Shown here: piece by piece, positions 10,912 to 22,430 of the stretch
Numbering within the stretch: position 1 is the first letter of the stretch
How the letters are laid out: each line of letters begins with the position of its first letter
Source: Raja brachyura
Taxonomy: Eukaryota
Direction of reading: 5' to 3'
DNA: 64,000 bases
Assembly: GCA_963514005.1 (NCBI GenBank)
Contig: OY740808.1
Span: 11,532,001-11,596,000, forward strand
Made by a program: the position numbers and the translations under genes
Notes under the pieces: model-generated
Databases searched by the model: none
Seen by the model: only the letters and a program-made list of their open reading frames with translations
What the model was told of the DNA's origin: nothing

Positions 10912-12334
10912 TAAGGGAGTATTTTACCTTTTTTCAGGTTTTATATTATGTAAGACAAAATCAACATATCAATAGAGCAATATACAAGGCCTGATCACCA
11001 TCACTTCAACCATGTGTGCTATCCTACTTCCTGATCATATTCCTCTCCAAGAGTGTTGTTTTGTATGGCATCTCACTGGCAGCTATGTCACACCAAGGTT
11101 CCCTTTCTCTCAAGGATGCAAGCCCAGAGGGTTTGTAGCCAACGTACTGAGCCCAGCATTTAGAGAAGAGGATAGGCATGATATAAATAACCAACGCCTA
11201 CAGGTAGTTCTGCTACAACACAACCTGCTCAGAAAACAAACGTTATAGAAAATCATGTTAAAAAGTCAATTTTGTCAAGGCGGAAAAAGGGGGTTTAGGA
11301 CTAGAGAGTTTCAGACTCACAAATACAAGGTTATTTTTCATGCAGAATTTTCAGAAAAAAGTTTTTCTCAATAACAATAACTTTCATTTTGTTACTCTAA
11401 GTTAAAAATACTAAGCTATACGTTACACTGTTTAAGAGTATTGTTGTACAAGTGTCAATAGAAGCAGTTCGTTATCTGTCAATTTCAATGGGTCCACAAC
11501 TTACTAATTTCAAAAGTAGATTTTAAATTGTTCTCTAGTTCCTAATCAAAATCATGTTATAACTAATTCAGCCCAAATAATGTAACTGGTATTCTCTAAT
11601 TCATTGCTTGTGTTATGTCCAATTTGTCATGGAAGATATGTATTTATAGCATAACTACCTGCATTTTCTTTCAACTTGAGAATTTGGATGTGGTGGGACA
11701 AATACCAAAGCAGATGCAGTGAAACTTCTAGGTGAATGTGAGATAAGTGATGAGTTAATCTATTTTAAAACTTGCTTCTCTACAGATGCTGCCTGACCAG
11801 AACGCCTTCTACATTGTGTTATTTAAAGGATAATGCTGGTCATTTTCAATGTTCTTTGAACAGTGCCGCAGAAAATGTCACACTTAATTGATTTAATTTT
11901 ATTAATGAAAACATACGGCATGCATATGTGTTAATTATGTGTGACAGCCCCTCCTCCCTTGGGTGCCGCTGTGATCCCTGTCACCGGAAGACGGGCCAGG
12001 AGAAGCCAACGCTCAGCACCATAAACAGTGTCAGACTGCCACACAGAGCTCCTGATTGACTTGGCCACAGCCAAAGAAGTAATAGCTGTGTCCTGTTAGC
12101 TATTATTAGATTGGCCCACTTGAACTTCGTTAGCCTCCTCTTTAAAAGCCAAGGTAATTCCAGACAGTGGGAAAGCGAGGAAAGGGAGAAAAAGAGGAAG
12201 GTAGAAAGAAGAGAAAGAGGAAGAGAAAGTGGAGCATCTCCCTACTAGTTCTGTTCCCCTTTTCGAGGAAGACTGATGATCCGAAACCTCTTCTATGAGG
12301 TTATGATTGAGCTCTCAGGACAAGTCCTAGACAT

Positions 12335-12600
12335 CCCTTTTGAGGCCAAGACTAAGCGGTTGGGGCAGTCCTGAGACTACCAGTGCTGCCTCTTTCAAGG
12401 CAAATACTGAGCAACCGGGCCAAGCCCAAGACTGCCAGCACCAACCCTTCAAGGCAAAGACTGAGTGACCGGGACTAGCCCAAGACCGCTAGCGGCTCCT
12501 CTTCAAGGCAAGGACGGAGCTGGCGGGTCAAGCCTGAGACTCTCAGCACCTCCTCTTTCGAGGCACGAGTGAACTGCAGGGACACGCCCAAGATCGCCCG
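12335..12600. repeat. Diverged ~54-bp tandem repeat, about 5 copies
   Basis: ttcaaggcaaagactgag..accggg.c.agcccaagac.gc.agc-type units with ttc(a/g)aggc at about 12395, 12448, 12502 and 12557. Confidence 0.75.
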
Positions 12601-13799
12601 TGTTCAGAGTGTTTCAGCCCTTCTGTCAAAAATCAAAATGGAAACAAGGCTGAAGGACAAGGAACAAAATCCACCACTTTTAAATAAACATAAAGAAAAC
12701 TATTCTAACTAGTCACTGTACAAAAATTAGACCAGTGGCTCATTATACCTCTCTCCATCACGCATTTCCACACAAGCCAATAGAACAGAGGATGATAGGA
12801 TGCTTGACTGGTGACTGATCTCATTGCACTCACTATATCACGACTGCCAAAATCAATCCCAAGGAGTTGATGGAAATATCAGTTTGTAATTCCATCCTCC
12901 GATAGGAAAGCAAATGGTTACACGAGAACTGGCCACAAATTTTCCCACCAAACACATAATTAATTCCTCCAAGGAGAAAAGCATGGTTCGGTTATGACCT
13001 AGGGCTTGTAGTCCATTTAAAACACACAAAGTGGGATTGTATGCATTTTTGACAAGCTGGAAAAATCTACAATTACTTTACTCCCAACAACATAAGGAGA
13101 CAAGACGACCTTTCACCCAGCCTCCAAATATAGCCTTGTCAGGAGTTTAAACTGTCCCTTAGGAATACAGTCGTCTGTAAGGAATGACAATATAACATCT
13201 TGTCACGTTTAATCGCTCCCAGCCAGCTACACTAAATAAAACACTAAAAAAAGAAATCCATCTGGCACCAACTATTTTCCGTCCCAGTACACAGCAGACT
13301 GTCAACAACAAACATCCTGTTGAATTCTAACTCATAAATCATTCATGGGAGGGGGATAGGAGCAATCCATTTGAAATTTATACGTACCTTTGCAAATGGC
13401 AAGGAAATTAACCCTAAAATAAACCCTAAAAGGCATTCATTTTCCTTTACATGTGATGCGATTTCTTCATCTGTGCAGTGCAATGGGTGGTTGAGGGGAA
13501 TCGACTTTTTTGTTATCAGGGTAAAGGTCCCAGTCTGACAACTTTCAGGTAACAGCTCCAGATGTTTTCAAAATGTATCCAGGATGTCAAGGAAGCCACA
13601 TTCAGACACGCCTGTACTGCGGATTGAACTGGGATATTAGTGCTACGTCAAAGGAATGTGGACTTCACCCAAAGTGAAAGATTCGAGCAAGGTGGCCGTT
13701 ACAGACGTAGGGATGATGGTGATCCAGTAGGATGTTGGCTACCCTTATAAACCATTATGGTGATCTACAGCAAACCTGTCTACCGTAATTATTCAAGAT

Positions 13800-14270
13800 G
13801 TTGGTGAAGCCACCCTTGGAGTATTGTGTCCAGTTTTGGTCAACCTGCTACAGCAAAGATTCCATTAAGCGGCAAAGAGTGTAGAGATGATTTACAAGGA
13901 TACTACCAGTACATGAAGGCTTGGACTACACGGGAGGTTGTGCAGGCTAGGATTTTATTCCTTGGAGCATAGGAGGCTGAGGGGTGAACTTGTAGAGGCA
14001 TATAACATCTTCAGGGAAATAGATAGGGTGAATGCACAGAATCTTTTTTTTCAGGGAGGAATATCAAGACCAGAGGGCATAAGTTTAATAGTAATCTGAG
14101 GGGCAACATTTCCCTCACAGGTGGGTATATGGACTGAGCTGCCAGATCAAGTAGTTGTGGAAGGTCCAATAGCAACATTTAAAAGTCATTTGGACAGGTA
14201 CATGAACAGGAAAGGTTTAGGGAGCTATAGGCCAGGCATGGACAAATGGGACTAGCTTTGATCAAGCCAA
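13800..14270 (+). mobile_element. Degraded CR1 3' fragment
   Basis: ttggagtattgtgtccagttttgg..aggctgaggggtgaacttgtagagg..ttggacaggtacatg motifs. Confidence 0.7.
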
Positions 14271-14272
14271 TT

Positions 14273-15660
14273 CAAGTCAAGTCTATTTTATTTCTATAGC
14301 ACATTTAAAAACAACTCTCGTTGACCAAAGTACTTTACATCAGTGCAAGTACTAACGTTGTACAGACAGTGGTACATAGATCTAACAATACATACATAAA
14401 TACATACACACAGCGCTCCCTCAGAGGCCCTCAAGAAACGCTTGTGAGCAGAAATAGGTTTTAAGTCTTAAAAGTGTCGATGGAGGAGGCAGTTCTGATG
14501 AGAAGAGGGATGCTGTTCCACAGTCCAGGTGCTGCAACCACAAAAGCACGATCGCCCCTGAGCTTATACCTGGTCCGCGGGATGGTCAGTAACCCCACGT
14601 CGGCCGACCTGAGGGACCTGGAGGTAGAGTGGTGGGTTAGCAGATTTTTGATGTAGGTGGGGGGAAAGCCCATTAAGGGCTTTGTATACATTAAGGAGGA
14701 GCTTGAAATGTATTCTGAACCGCACTGGGAGCCAGTGGAGAGAGGCCAGAATCGGGGTGATGTGTGGTCCCTTTTTCGGGTGCCCATCAGAAGTCTCGCT
14801 GCGGCGTTTTGGACCAATTGCAGCCTGGACAGGGATGATTGGCTGATGCCAGTGTAAAGGGAGTTGCAGTAATCAAGGCCGGGGGAGATAAATACGGGGA
14901 TGATCTTTTCAAGGTCGTCAAATTGGAGGAATGGTTTTATTTTAGCTATCGTGCGAAGCTGGAAGAAGCTAGCTTTTACCACGGCATTGACTTGTTTGTC
15001 AAACTTCAATGCAGAGTCAAATATCACGCCAAGGTTTTTGACGTGAGGTTTAAGTAAGGGGGTAAGGCTTCGAAGGCTGCCTGCTATTGTTTTGGTGGTG
15101 TCCGAGGGGCCGAGTAGGATGACCTCAGACTTGCTCTCGTTTAGTTGGAGGGAGTTCTGGGCCATCCAACACTTTATATCCTCGAGGCAGTGCATAAGGC
15201 TGAGTAGATTTGATCGGTTGTTGGGTTACAGGGGGAGATAGAGCTGTGTATCGTCAGCATAGCAATGGAAGGAAATGCCGTGCCTTTGAATGACTTGGCC
15301 GAAGGGGAGCATATACAGGGAGAAGAGAATGGGGAAAGGATGGAACCTTGTGGAACCCCGCAGCAAAGGCTAGCTGGGGAGGAGAAAGAGTTGCCTATGT
15401 TTGTATGTTTCTAACTCCTATCTTTGAGGTAGGAGACGAACCAGCTCAGGGCAGTGCCATCAATACCAACCCTGTACCGGAGACGGTCAATTAGGATGGT
15501 GTGGTCCACTGTATCGAATGCTGCGCTGAGGTAGAGAAGGGGCAGGATTGCACAGTCGCCGGAGTCAATGGCGAGAAGCAGGTCGTATTGTACCTTCAAC
15601 AAGGACGACTCTGTGCTGTGGTGGGCCCTGAAATCTGATTGGAAACTTTCCAGGATAGTA
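14273..15660 (-). mobile_element. L2-clade LINE 3' part (RT C-terminal half), frameshifted
   Basis: FQSDFRAHHSTES..LSAAFDTVDH..; cattgctatgctgacgatacacagctc (YADD) on the minus strand; LDYCNSL..LQLVQNAAARLL; caagtcaagtc tail. Confidence 0.9.
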
Positions 15661-16288
15661 TTTTGTCTGGTTCCGTCTTTTATTACCTGCTTGATGAGAT
15701 ATTTTGGAGGGGTATGGATGGGTTGGTCTAATGGGCCTGTTTCCATGCTGTTTAACTCTGTGACTGACCATCATTCTTCAAGAATCAAGTACACAGGCAG
15801 CATTAATGAAACTGAAGGGACAAAACCAAAATGCTGCAGATCCTAGAAAGTGAATTAGTGGCAGAAAATGTTAGTTGCACAAAGCAACTGTGGAGAAAGA
15901 AACAGAACCAACGGCATCATATTTAAGGGATGTCGAGAGGGTCACAGCAACAGCTGAGGAAGCAAAACTCCTTTAAACACAATCTGGACAAACTACTAAC
16001 CTGGCTATTGGAGAGGAGTGAATGCCGCCTGCTCACAGCTGAAATCTTTGACAATAATCCCACATAATCAGGACATTGTCATTTGGCCTGCATGGCATCA
16101 AGGGCAGAAGGAGGAAGATTAGCTGTGTGTGCAGCACAGTGAGAGGTTGGTGATCAGGGAGGGCATATGGGTAAATTTGCCCGCAATCTACCAGGAAAGA
16201 GAAAAGGATTAGGGTCTGGTTGTCAGAAATGACCCAAAAGGAATACTGAAAAGCATTATATGTTGAATGTGCAATTCCTGGATCGCTT

Positions 16289-16832
16289 TAACCATATAAT
16301 ATATAACCATATAACAATTACAGCACGGAAACAGGCCATCTCGGCCCTTCAAGTCCGTGCCAAACAACTTTTTTCCCTTAGTCCCACCTGCCTGCACTCA
16401 TACCATAACCCTCCATACCCTTCTCATCCATATGCCTATCCAATTTATTTTTAAATGGTACCAACAAACCTGCCGCCACCACTTCCACTGGAAGCTCATT
16501 CCACACCGCTACCACTCTCTGAGTAAAGAAGTTCCCCCTCATGTTACCCCTAAACTTCTGTCCCTTAATTCTAAAGTCATGTCCTCTTGTTTGAATCTTC
16601 CCTATTCTCAAAGGGAAAAGCTTGTCCACATCAACTCTGTCTATCCCTCTCGTCATTTTAAAGACCTCTATTAAGTCCCCCCTTAACCTTCTGCGCTCCA
16701 GAGAATAAAGACCTAACTTATTCAACCTATCTCTGTAACTTAGCTGTTGAAACCCAGGCAACATTCTAGTAAATCTCCTCTGTACCCTCTCTATTTTGTT
16801 GACATCCTTCCTATAATTGGGCGACCAAAATT
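16289..16832 (-). mobile_element. Young CR1 3' fragment, same subfamily as 18321-21780
   Basis: FWSPNYRKDVNKIERVQRRFTRMLPG..GYGMSAGRWD* nearly identical to the C-terminus of ORF 18934-21699; same (tatatggt)n tail. Confidence 0.95.
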
Positions 16833-17453
16833 TCTCGGAACAGAGAAAACCCAAACAGGAAACGTTGTTGTTTTGGTGGGTTACAGTGATTAAATGACAA
16901 AAAGATAATAAAGCAGGTAATAAAAGACAGAACCAGACAAGATTGAGCACTTCCCTAAAGTGTCAGCTCAATATTTCTTCTGAACCCAATTGTTTTGGAG
17001 CTGACACCTCCCAAAACAAGTTCCTGGCATATGAGAGAAAATTGAAATGGTGCACAAGATCAAGAATTATTAAGGCTCCACGGTTACAAAGTTGCTGATA
17101 GAGAGATTAAATATTTTATGAACATGCATTGAGTCATTGGAAGTGTGTACCCAAATACACAGGAAAATAGGATCAGGAGTAGGCCACCTGGCCTCTTAAG
17201 CCAACCCCGCTATTCAGTATGATAATTACTAATCGATGTGGCCTTAATTTTTCTGTGCCAGTTCCCCATAACCCTTAACTCAATCGGTCAAATATACATC
17301 TATCACCGTTTTCAGTACATCAAATTATCTGGCCGCCACCACCATCTTTGAAGGGAAAGAATTACAGAGATTCACTACCCTCTGACAGTGTAAGAAGTCA
17401 AGGACAGAGGTCAATGTGAGAATGGGATGAAGAATTGAAGTGGCAAACAACAA

Positions 17454-17742
17454 GGGCTGCACAGTGGCACAGCAGTAGAGTTGCTACTTTACAGCACCAG
17501 AGATCCGGGTACGATCCTAACTACAGGTGCTGTCTGTATGGAGTTTGTACGTTCACACTGTGACCACCAGGGTTTCCTCCCACACTCCAAAGACAAACCA
17601 GTTGGTAGGTTAATTGGATTAGGTAAAAATTGTAAATTACCTCTAGTGTGTAGGATAGTGCTAGTGCATGGATGATCGCTGGTGAACACAGATTTGATGG
17701 GCTTAAGGACCCGTTTCCGTGATGTCTCTTTAAAGTCTAAAA
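17454..17742 (+). mobile_element. tRNA-derived V-SINE/HE1-like SINE
   Basis: A/B-box-like head (cagtggcacagcagtag..ccgggtacgatcct), central gtgctgtctgtatggagtttgtacgttc domain, CR1-like tail. Confidence 0.8.
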
Positions 17743-17769
17743 CTTGATGTTATGCTTCCATGGTAACAT

Positions 17770-18078
17770 GGGGTGGTACAATTGCTGCCTTCCAGCGCTT
17801 ATAGCACCTTAGACCCGGGTTTAATCCCAACTACGGGTGCTGTCTGTACGGAGTTTGTATGTTCTCCCCGTAAACGCCTGGGTTTCCCCCGAGATCGGCT
17901 TCCTCCCACATTCCAAAGGCGTACAGGTTTGTAGGTTAATTAACTTGGTATAAATGTAAGATTGTCCCTCGTGTGTGTAGGATAGTGTTAGTGTACGGGG
18001 ATTGCTGGTCGGTGCGGACTCAGTGGGCCGAAGGGGCCTGTTTCTGCGCTGTATCTCTTAACTAAAGTAAACTAAAAC
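17770..18078 (+). mobile_element. Second V-SINE/HE1-like SINE in tandem with the first
   Basis: acccgggtttaatcccaactacgggtgctgtctgtacggagtttg..gggcctgtttctgcgctgtatctc..(aactaa)n. Confidence 0.8.
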
Positions 18079-18323
18079 GTGATCACCTCATTTGTGCTTT
18101 GTCACCATAAAATAAAGACCACATCGTCCCAGAAAATGCAAGAAATTAAATGTGAAAATTATTTGTAAATGGTTTTCACGTGGAAATGGCAGGTCATAAT
18201 GGGCAGGAAGGAGTCAAAAGGATAGGAGTGGCATCTCCTGCTTTGGCACAGAATATTACTACAGAGGGGGACGAGTGACATGCCAAAAACACGTCTTTAG
18301 TTGCTTCTGTTCGCAAGATCTGG

Positions 18324-18755
18324 GTGGTCTGCCTCCCTGGTGCCAAGGTCTTGGACGTGTCTAAACGTGTCCAAGCTATCCTCAAATCAGAGGGAGAGGA
18401 GCCTGAGGTCGTGGTACATATAGGTACCAATGACATAGGTAAAAAAAGGGAAGAGGTCCTGAAGGGAGGATTTAAGGACTTGGGAGGAGAGTTGAGGAAA
18501 AGGACCAAAAAGGTAACAATCTCAGGATTACTGCCTGTGCCACGTGACAGTGAGAGTAGAAATGGAGCAAGGTGGAGGATAAATGCTTGGCTGAAAGACT
18601 GGTGCAGAGGGCAGGGATTCAAGTTTCTGGATCATTGGGACTTCTTTTGGGGTAGGTGGGACCTGTACAGAAAGGATGGGTTGCACTTGAACCCGAGGGG
18701 GACCAATATCCTAGCGGGGAAATTTGCAAAGGCCACTGGGGAGACTTTAAACTAG
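18324..18755 (+). CDS. CR1 ORF1 C-terminal SGNH esterase-like domain (5'-truncated)
   Basis: CLPGA..VVVHIGTND..ISGLLP..INAWL..DGLHLN..G blocks typical of CR1 ORF1 esterase. Confidence 0.9.
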   Translation: MVCLPGAKVLDVSKRVQAILKSEGEEPEVVVHIGTNDIGKKREEVLKGGFKDLGGELRKRTKKVTISGLLPVPRDSESRNGARWRINAWLKDWCRGQGFKFLDHWDFFWGRWDLYRKDGLHLNPRGTNILAGKFAKATGETLN

Positions 18756-18933
18756 AATGGTTGGGGCGAGGGATGCAAATAGCAAAAGCTAGTAGACAGA
18801 ATGGGAGGCAGGAAGCAGAAAAGGGAAGCACTCGGACACAAGAGGAGAAAGAAAAAAAGGAAATAAACAGAGAACAAGAGATGGGGGGTTTCTTAAATGT
18901 GCATATTTTAATGCTAGGAGCATTGTCAGAAAG

Positions 18934-21699
18934 GTGGATGAGCTTAGAGTCTGGATAGACACCTGGAAGTATGATGTTGTGGCGATCAGTGAAACATGGT
19001 TGCAGGAGGGCTGTGATTGGAAACTAAATATTCCAGGATTTCGTTGCTTCAGGTGTGATAGAATTGGAGGGGCAAGAGGTGGAGGTGTTGCATTGCTAGT
19101 CAGGGAAGATATTACAGCAGTGCTTTGGCAGGATAGATTGGAGGGCTCATGTAGGGAGGCTATTTGGGTGGAACTTAGAAGTGGGAAAGGTGTAGCAACA
19201 CTTATAGGGGTATATTATAGACCGCCAAATGGGGAACGAGAATTGGAAGAGCAAATATGTAAAGAGATAGCAGATATTAGTAGTAAGCACAAGGTAGTGA
19301 TTGTGGGAGATTTCAACTTTCCACACATAGACTGGGAAACACATTCTGTAAATGGGCTGGATGGTTTGGAGTTCGTAAAATGTGTGCAGGATAGTTTTTT
19401 GCAGCAATACATAGAGGTGCCTACTAGAGGAGGGGCAGTGCTGGACCTCCTGTTAGGAAATGAGACGGGACAGGTGGCGGAGGTATGCGTAGGGGAGCAC
19501 TTCGGGTCCAGTGATCACAATACCATTAGTTTCAATATAATTATGGAGAAGGACAGAACTGGGCCTAGGGTTGAGATTTTTGATTGGAGAAAGGCTAACT
19601 TTAACGAGATGCGAGATGATTTAAAAGGAGTGAACTGGGACATTTTGTTTTATGGGAAAGATGTAGAGGAGAAATGGAGGACATTTAAAGGGGAAATTTT
19701 AAGAGTACAAAATCTTTATGTTCATGTTCGGTTGAAAGGAACCAGTAAAAATTGGAAAGAGCCCTGGTTTTCGAGGGAAATTGGACATCTTGTTCGGAAA
19801 AAGAGGGAGATCTACAATAATTATAAGCAGCATGAAGTAAATGAGGTGCTTGAGGAGTATAAGGAATGTAAAAAGAATCTTAAGAAAGAAATTAGAAAAG
19901 CTAAAAGAAGATATGAGGTTGCTTTGGCAAGTAAGGTGAAAGTAAATCCAAAGGGTTTCTACAGCTATATTAATAGCAAAAGGATAACAAGGGATAAAAT
20001 TGGTCCATTGGAGAGACCGAGTGGACAGCTATCTGCAGAGCCAAAAGAGATGGGGGAGATATTGAACAATTTCTTTTCTTCGGTATTCACCAAGGAGAGG
20101 GATATTGAATTATGTGAGGTAAGGGAAACTAGTAGAGTAGCTATGGATACTATGAGTTTCAAAGTAAAAGAAGTACTGGCACTTTTGAAAAATATAAAAG
20201 TGGATAAGTCTCCAGGTCCTGACAGGATATTCCCTAGGACATTGAGGGAAGTTAGTGTAGAAATAGCCGGGGCTATGACAGAAATATTTCAAATGTCATT
20301 AGAAACGGGAATAGTCCCCGAGGATTGGCGTACTGCGCATGTTGTTCCATTGTTTAAAAAGGGTTCTAAAAGTAAACCTAGCAATTATAGACCGGTTAGT
20401 TTGACTTCAGTGGTGGGTAAATTAATGGAAAAGATACTTAGAGATAATATATATAAGTATCTGGATAAAGAGGGTCTAATTAGGAACAGTCAACATGGAT
20501 TTATGCCTGGAAGGTCATGTTTGACTAATCTTCTTGAATTTTTTGAAGAGGTTACTAGGGAAATTGACGAGGGTAAAGCAGTGGATGTTGTCTATATGGA
20601 CTTCAGTAAGGCCTTTGACAAGGTTCCTCATGGAAGGTTGGTTAAGAAGGTTCAACTGTTGGGTATAAATGCAGGAATAGCAAGATGGATTCAACAGTGG
20701 CTGAATGGGAGAAGCCAGAGAGTAATGGTGGATGGCTGTTTGTCGGGTTGGAGGCAGGTGACTAGTGGGGTGCCTCAGGGATCTGTGATGGGCCCTTTGT
20801 TGTTTGTCATGTACATCAATGATCTGGATGAAGGGGTGGTAAATTGGATTAGTAAGTATGCAGATGATACCAAGATAGGGGGTGTTGTGGATAATGAAGA
20901 GGATTTCCAAAGTCTACAGAGTGATTTAGGCCAGTTGGAAAAATGGGCTGAAAGATGGCAGATGGAGTTTAATGCTGATAAATGTGAGGTGCTACACCTT
21001 GGCAGGACAAATCAAAATAGGACGTACATGGTAAACGGTAGGGAATTGAAGAATACAGTTGATCAGAGGGATCTGGGAATAACCGTGCATAGTTCCTTGA
21101 AGGTGGAATCTCATATAGATAGGGTGGTAAAGAAAGCTTTTGGTATGCTAGCCTTTATAAATCAGAGCATTGAGTATAGAAGCTGGGATGTAATGTTAAA
21201 ATTGTACAAGGCGTTGGTGAGACCAAATCTGGAGTATGGTGTACAATTTTGGTCGCCCAATTATAGGAAGGATGTCAACAAAATAGAGAGGGTACAGAGG
21301 AGATTTACTAGAATGTTGCCTGGGTTTCAACAGCTAAGTTACAGAGATAGGTTAAATAAGTTAGGTTTTTATTCTCTGGAGCGCAGAAGGTTAAGGGGGG
21401 ACTTGATAGAGGTCTTTAAAATGATGAGAGGGATAGAGAGAGTTAATGTGGACAAGCTTTTCCCTTTGAGAATATGGAAGATTCAAACACGAGGACATGA
21501 CTTTAGAATTAAGGGACAGAGGTTTAGGGGTAACATGAGGGGGAACTTCTTTACTCAGAGAGTGGTAGCGGTGTGGAATGAGCTTCCAGTGGAAGTGGTG
21601 GCGGCAGGTTCGTTCGTATCATTTAAAAATAAATTGGATAGGCATATGGATGAGAAGGGTATGGAGGGTTATGGTATGAGTGCAGGCAGGTGGGACTAA
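18934..21699 (+). CDS. CR1 ORF2: apurinic endonuclease plus reverse transcriptase
   Basis: 921 aa open (frame open from 18796, includes CAYFNARS); ISETWL, YRPP, GDFN, SDH endonuclease motifs; YRPVSLTS, DFSKAFDKV, PQGS, YADD RT motifs. Confidence 0.97.
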   Translation: MDELRVWIDTWKYDVVAISETWLQEGCDWKLNIPGFRCFRCDRIGGARGGGVALLVREDITAVLWQDRLEGSCREAIWVELRSGKGVATLIGVYYRPPNGERELEEQICKEIADISSKHKVVIVGDFNFPHIDWETHSVNGLDGLEFVKCVQDSFLQQYIEVPTRGGAVLDLLLGNETGQVAEVCVGEHFGSSDHNTISFNIIMEKDRTGPRVEIFDWRKANFNEMRDDLKGVNWDILFYGKDVEEKWRTFKGEILRVQNLYVHVRLKGTSKNWKEPWFSREIGHLVRKKREIYNNYKQHEVNEVLEEYKECKKNLKKEIRKAKRRYEVALASKVKVNPKGFYSYINSKRITRDKIGPLERPSGQLSAEPKEMGEILNNFFSSVFTKERDIELCEVRETSRVAMDTMSFKVKEVLALLKNIKVDKSPGPDRIFPRTLREVSVEIAGAMTEIFQMSLETGIVPEDWRTAHVVPLFKKGSKSKPSNYRPVSLTSVVGKLMEKILRDNIYKYLDKEGLIRNSQHGFMPGRSCLTNLLEFFEEVTREIDEGKAVDVVYMDFSKAFDKVPHGRLVKKVQLLGINAGIARWIQQWLNGRSQRVMVDGCLSGWRQVTSGVPQGSVMGPLLFVMYINDLDEGVVNWISKYADDTKIGGVVDNEEDFQSLQSDLGQLEKWAERWQMEFNADKCEVLHLGRTNQNRTYMVNGRELKNTVDQRDLGITVHSSLKVESHIDRVVKKAFGMLAFINQSIEYRSWDVMLKLYKALVRPNLEYGVQFWSPNYRKDVNKIERVQRRFTRMLPGFQQLSYRDRLNKLGFYSLERRRLRGDLIEVFKMMRGIERVNVDKLFPLRIWKIQTRGHDFRIKGQRFRGNMRGNFFTQRVVAVWNELPVEVVAAGSFVSFKNKLDRHMDEKGMEGYGMSAGRWD

Positions 21700-21859
21700 G
21701 GGAAAAAAGTTGTTCGGCACGGATTTGAAGGGCCGAGATGGCCTGTTTCCGTGCTGTAATTGTTATATGGTTATATGGTTAAGATGAGACCTATGGTTCC
21801 AGACTTCTGAAATGTCTACCATTTTCAATAAATGTTGCTTCCACGCTACATATTGATAT

Positions 21860-22430
21860 AGCCCTCCCTCGCATTTCTTCCCTTTCCGGATGTTCGCTCT
21901 CATATCCTACCCGCCGTGTCCAAGACAGAACACCATTGAGTTCTCTTGGTCCTTTCCTTTCACCCCCCCACTAGCGTTTGAAAACAACACGTAATTCTTC
22001 TTCAGTTCCCCCCAGCTTCAATGAGATCCTACCACCAACCACAACTTATCCCCCTAAACCTTTTGGTTTCCAAGGGACAACTCTGTTCATGATTCCCTGA
22101 TCCGCTCATCGCCCACCAGTTGGCACTTTTCCTGCAACAGTAGCAGGTGCAACACTTGTCCCAACATAATTTCCCTCACCAGATCCTTCAGCTAAGGCGG
22201 AGATTTAACAGCACCTCATCAATCCTTGTCCATTGCATTCAGTGCTCTTGAAGTGGCCGCCTGTACATCGGCGAGACAAAGCATAGACTTGGTGACCATT
22301 TTGAGGAACACTGTCTGCAACGAACACCTTGCGTATCTGTTTGCATTTCATTTCAACTCCGCTTCCCAACCCCATGCTGACCTATCTGCCCTTGGCTTTT
22401 TCTATTGCCAAGACCAACTTTCAGGTAATT
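21860..22430 (+). mobile_element. Degraded Penelope-like element (GIY-YIG region)
   Basis: ttggtcctttcctttcacccc; tgcaacagtagcaggtgcaacacttgtc; ctgtacatcggcgagacaaagc (LYIGETK); catttcaactcc. Confidence 0.7.

Larger units (their letters stand above)
18321..21780 (+). mobile_element. Young 5'-truncated CR1 LINE
   Basis: ORF1 C-terminal esterase part, uninterrupted ORF2, short 3' UTR and (tatatggt)n tail. Confidence 0.95.

Noticed and set aside
10299-10994. Cluster of GC-rich ORFs resembling a CpG-island gene
   Set aside because: Lies within a TIR- and TAA-bounded Harbinger MITE; no protein motifs.
12900-13300. Possible very old Penelope coding remnant (FTQPPNIA-like)
   Set aside because: A single short motif with many stops; not enough support.
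17454-17530. tRNA gene
   Set aside because: Degenerate tRNA-like head continuous with a SINE body; no complete cloverleaf.
18315-21785. AAGAT as a target-site duplication of the young CR1
   Set aside because: Only 5 bp and the 5' boundary is uncertain, so it may be chance.
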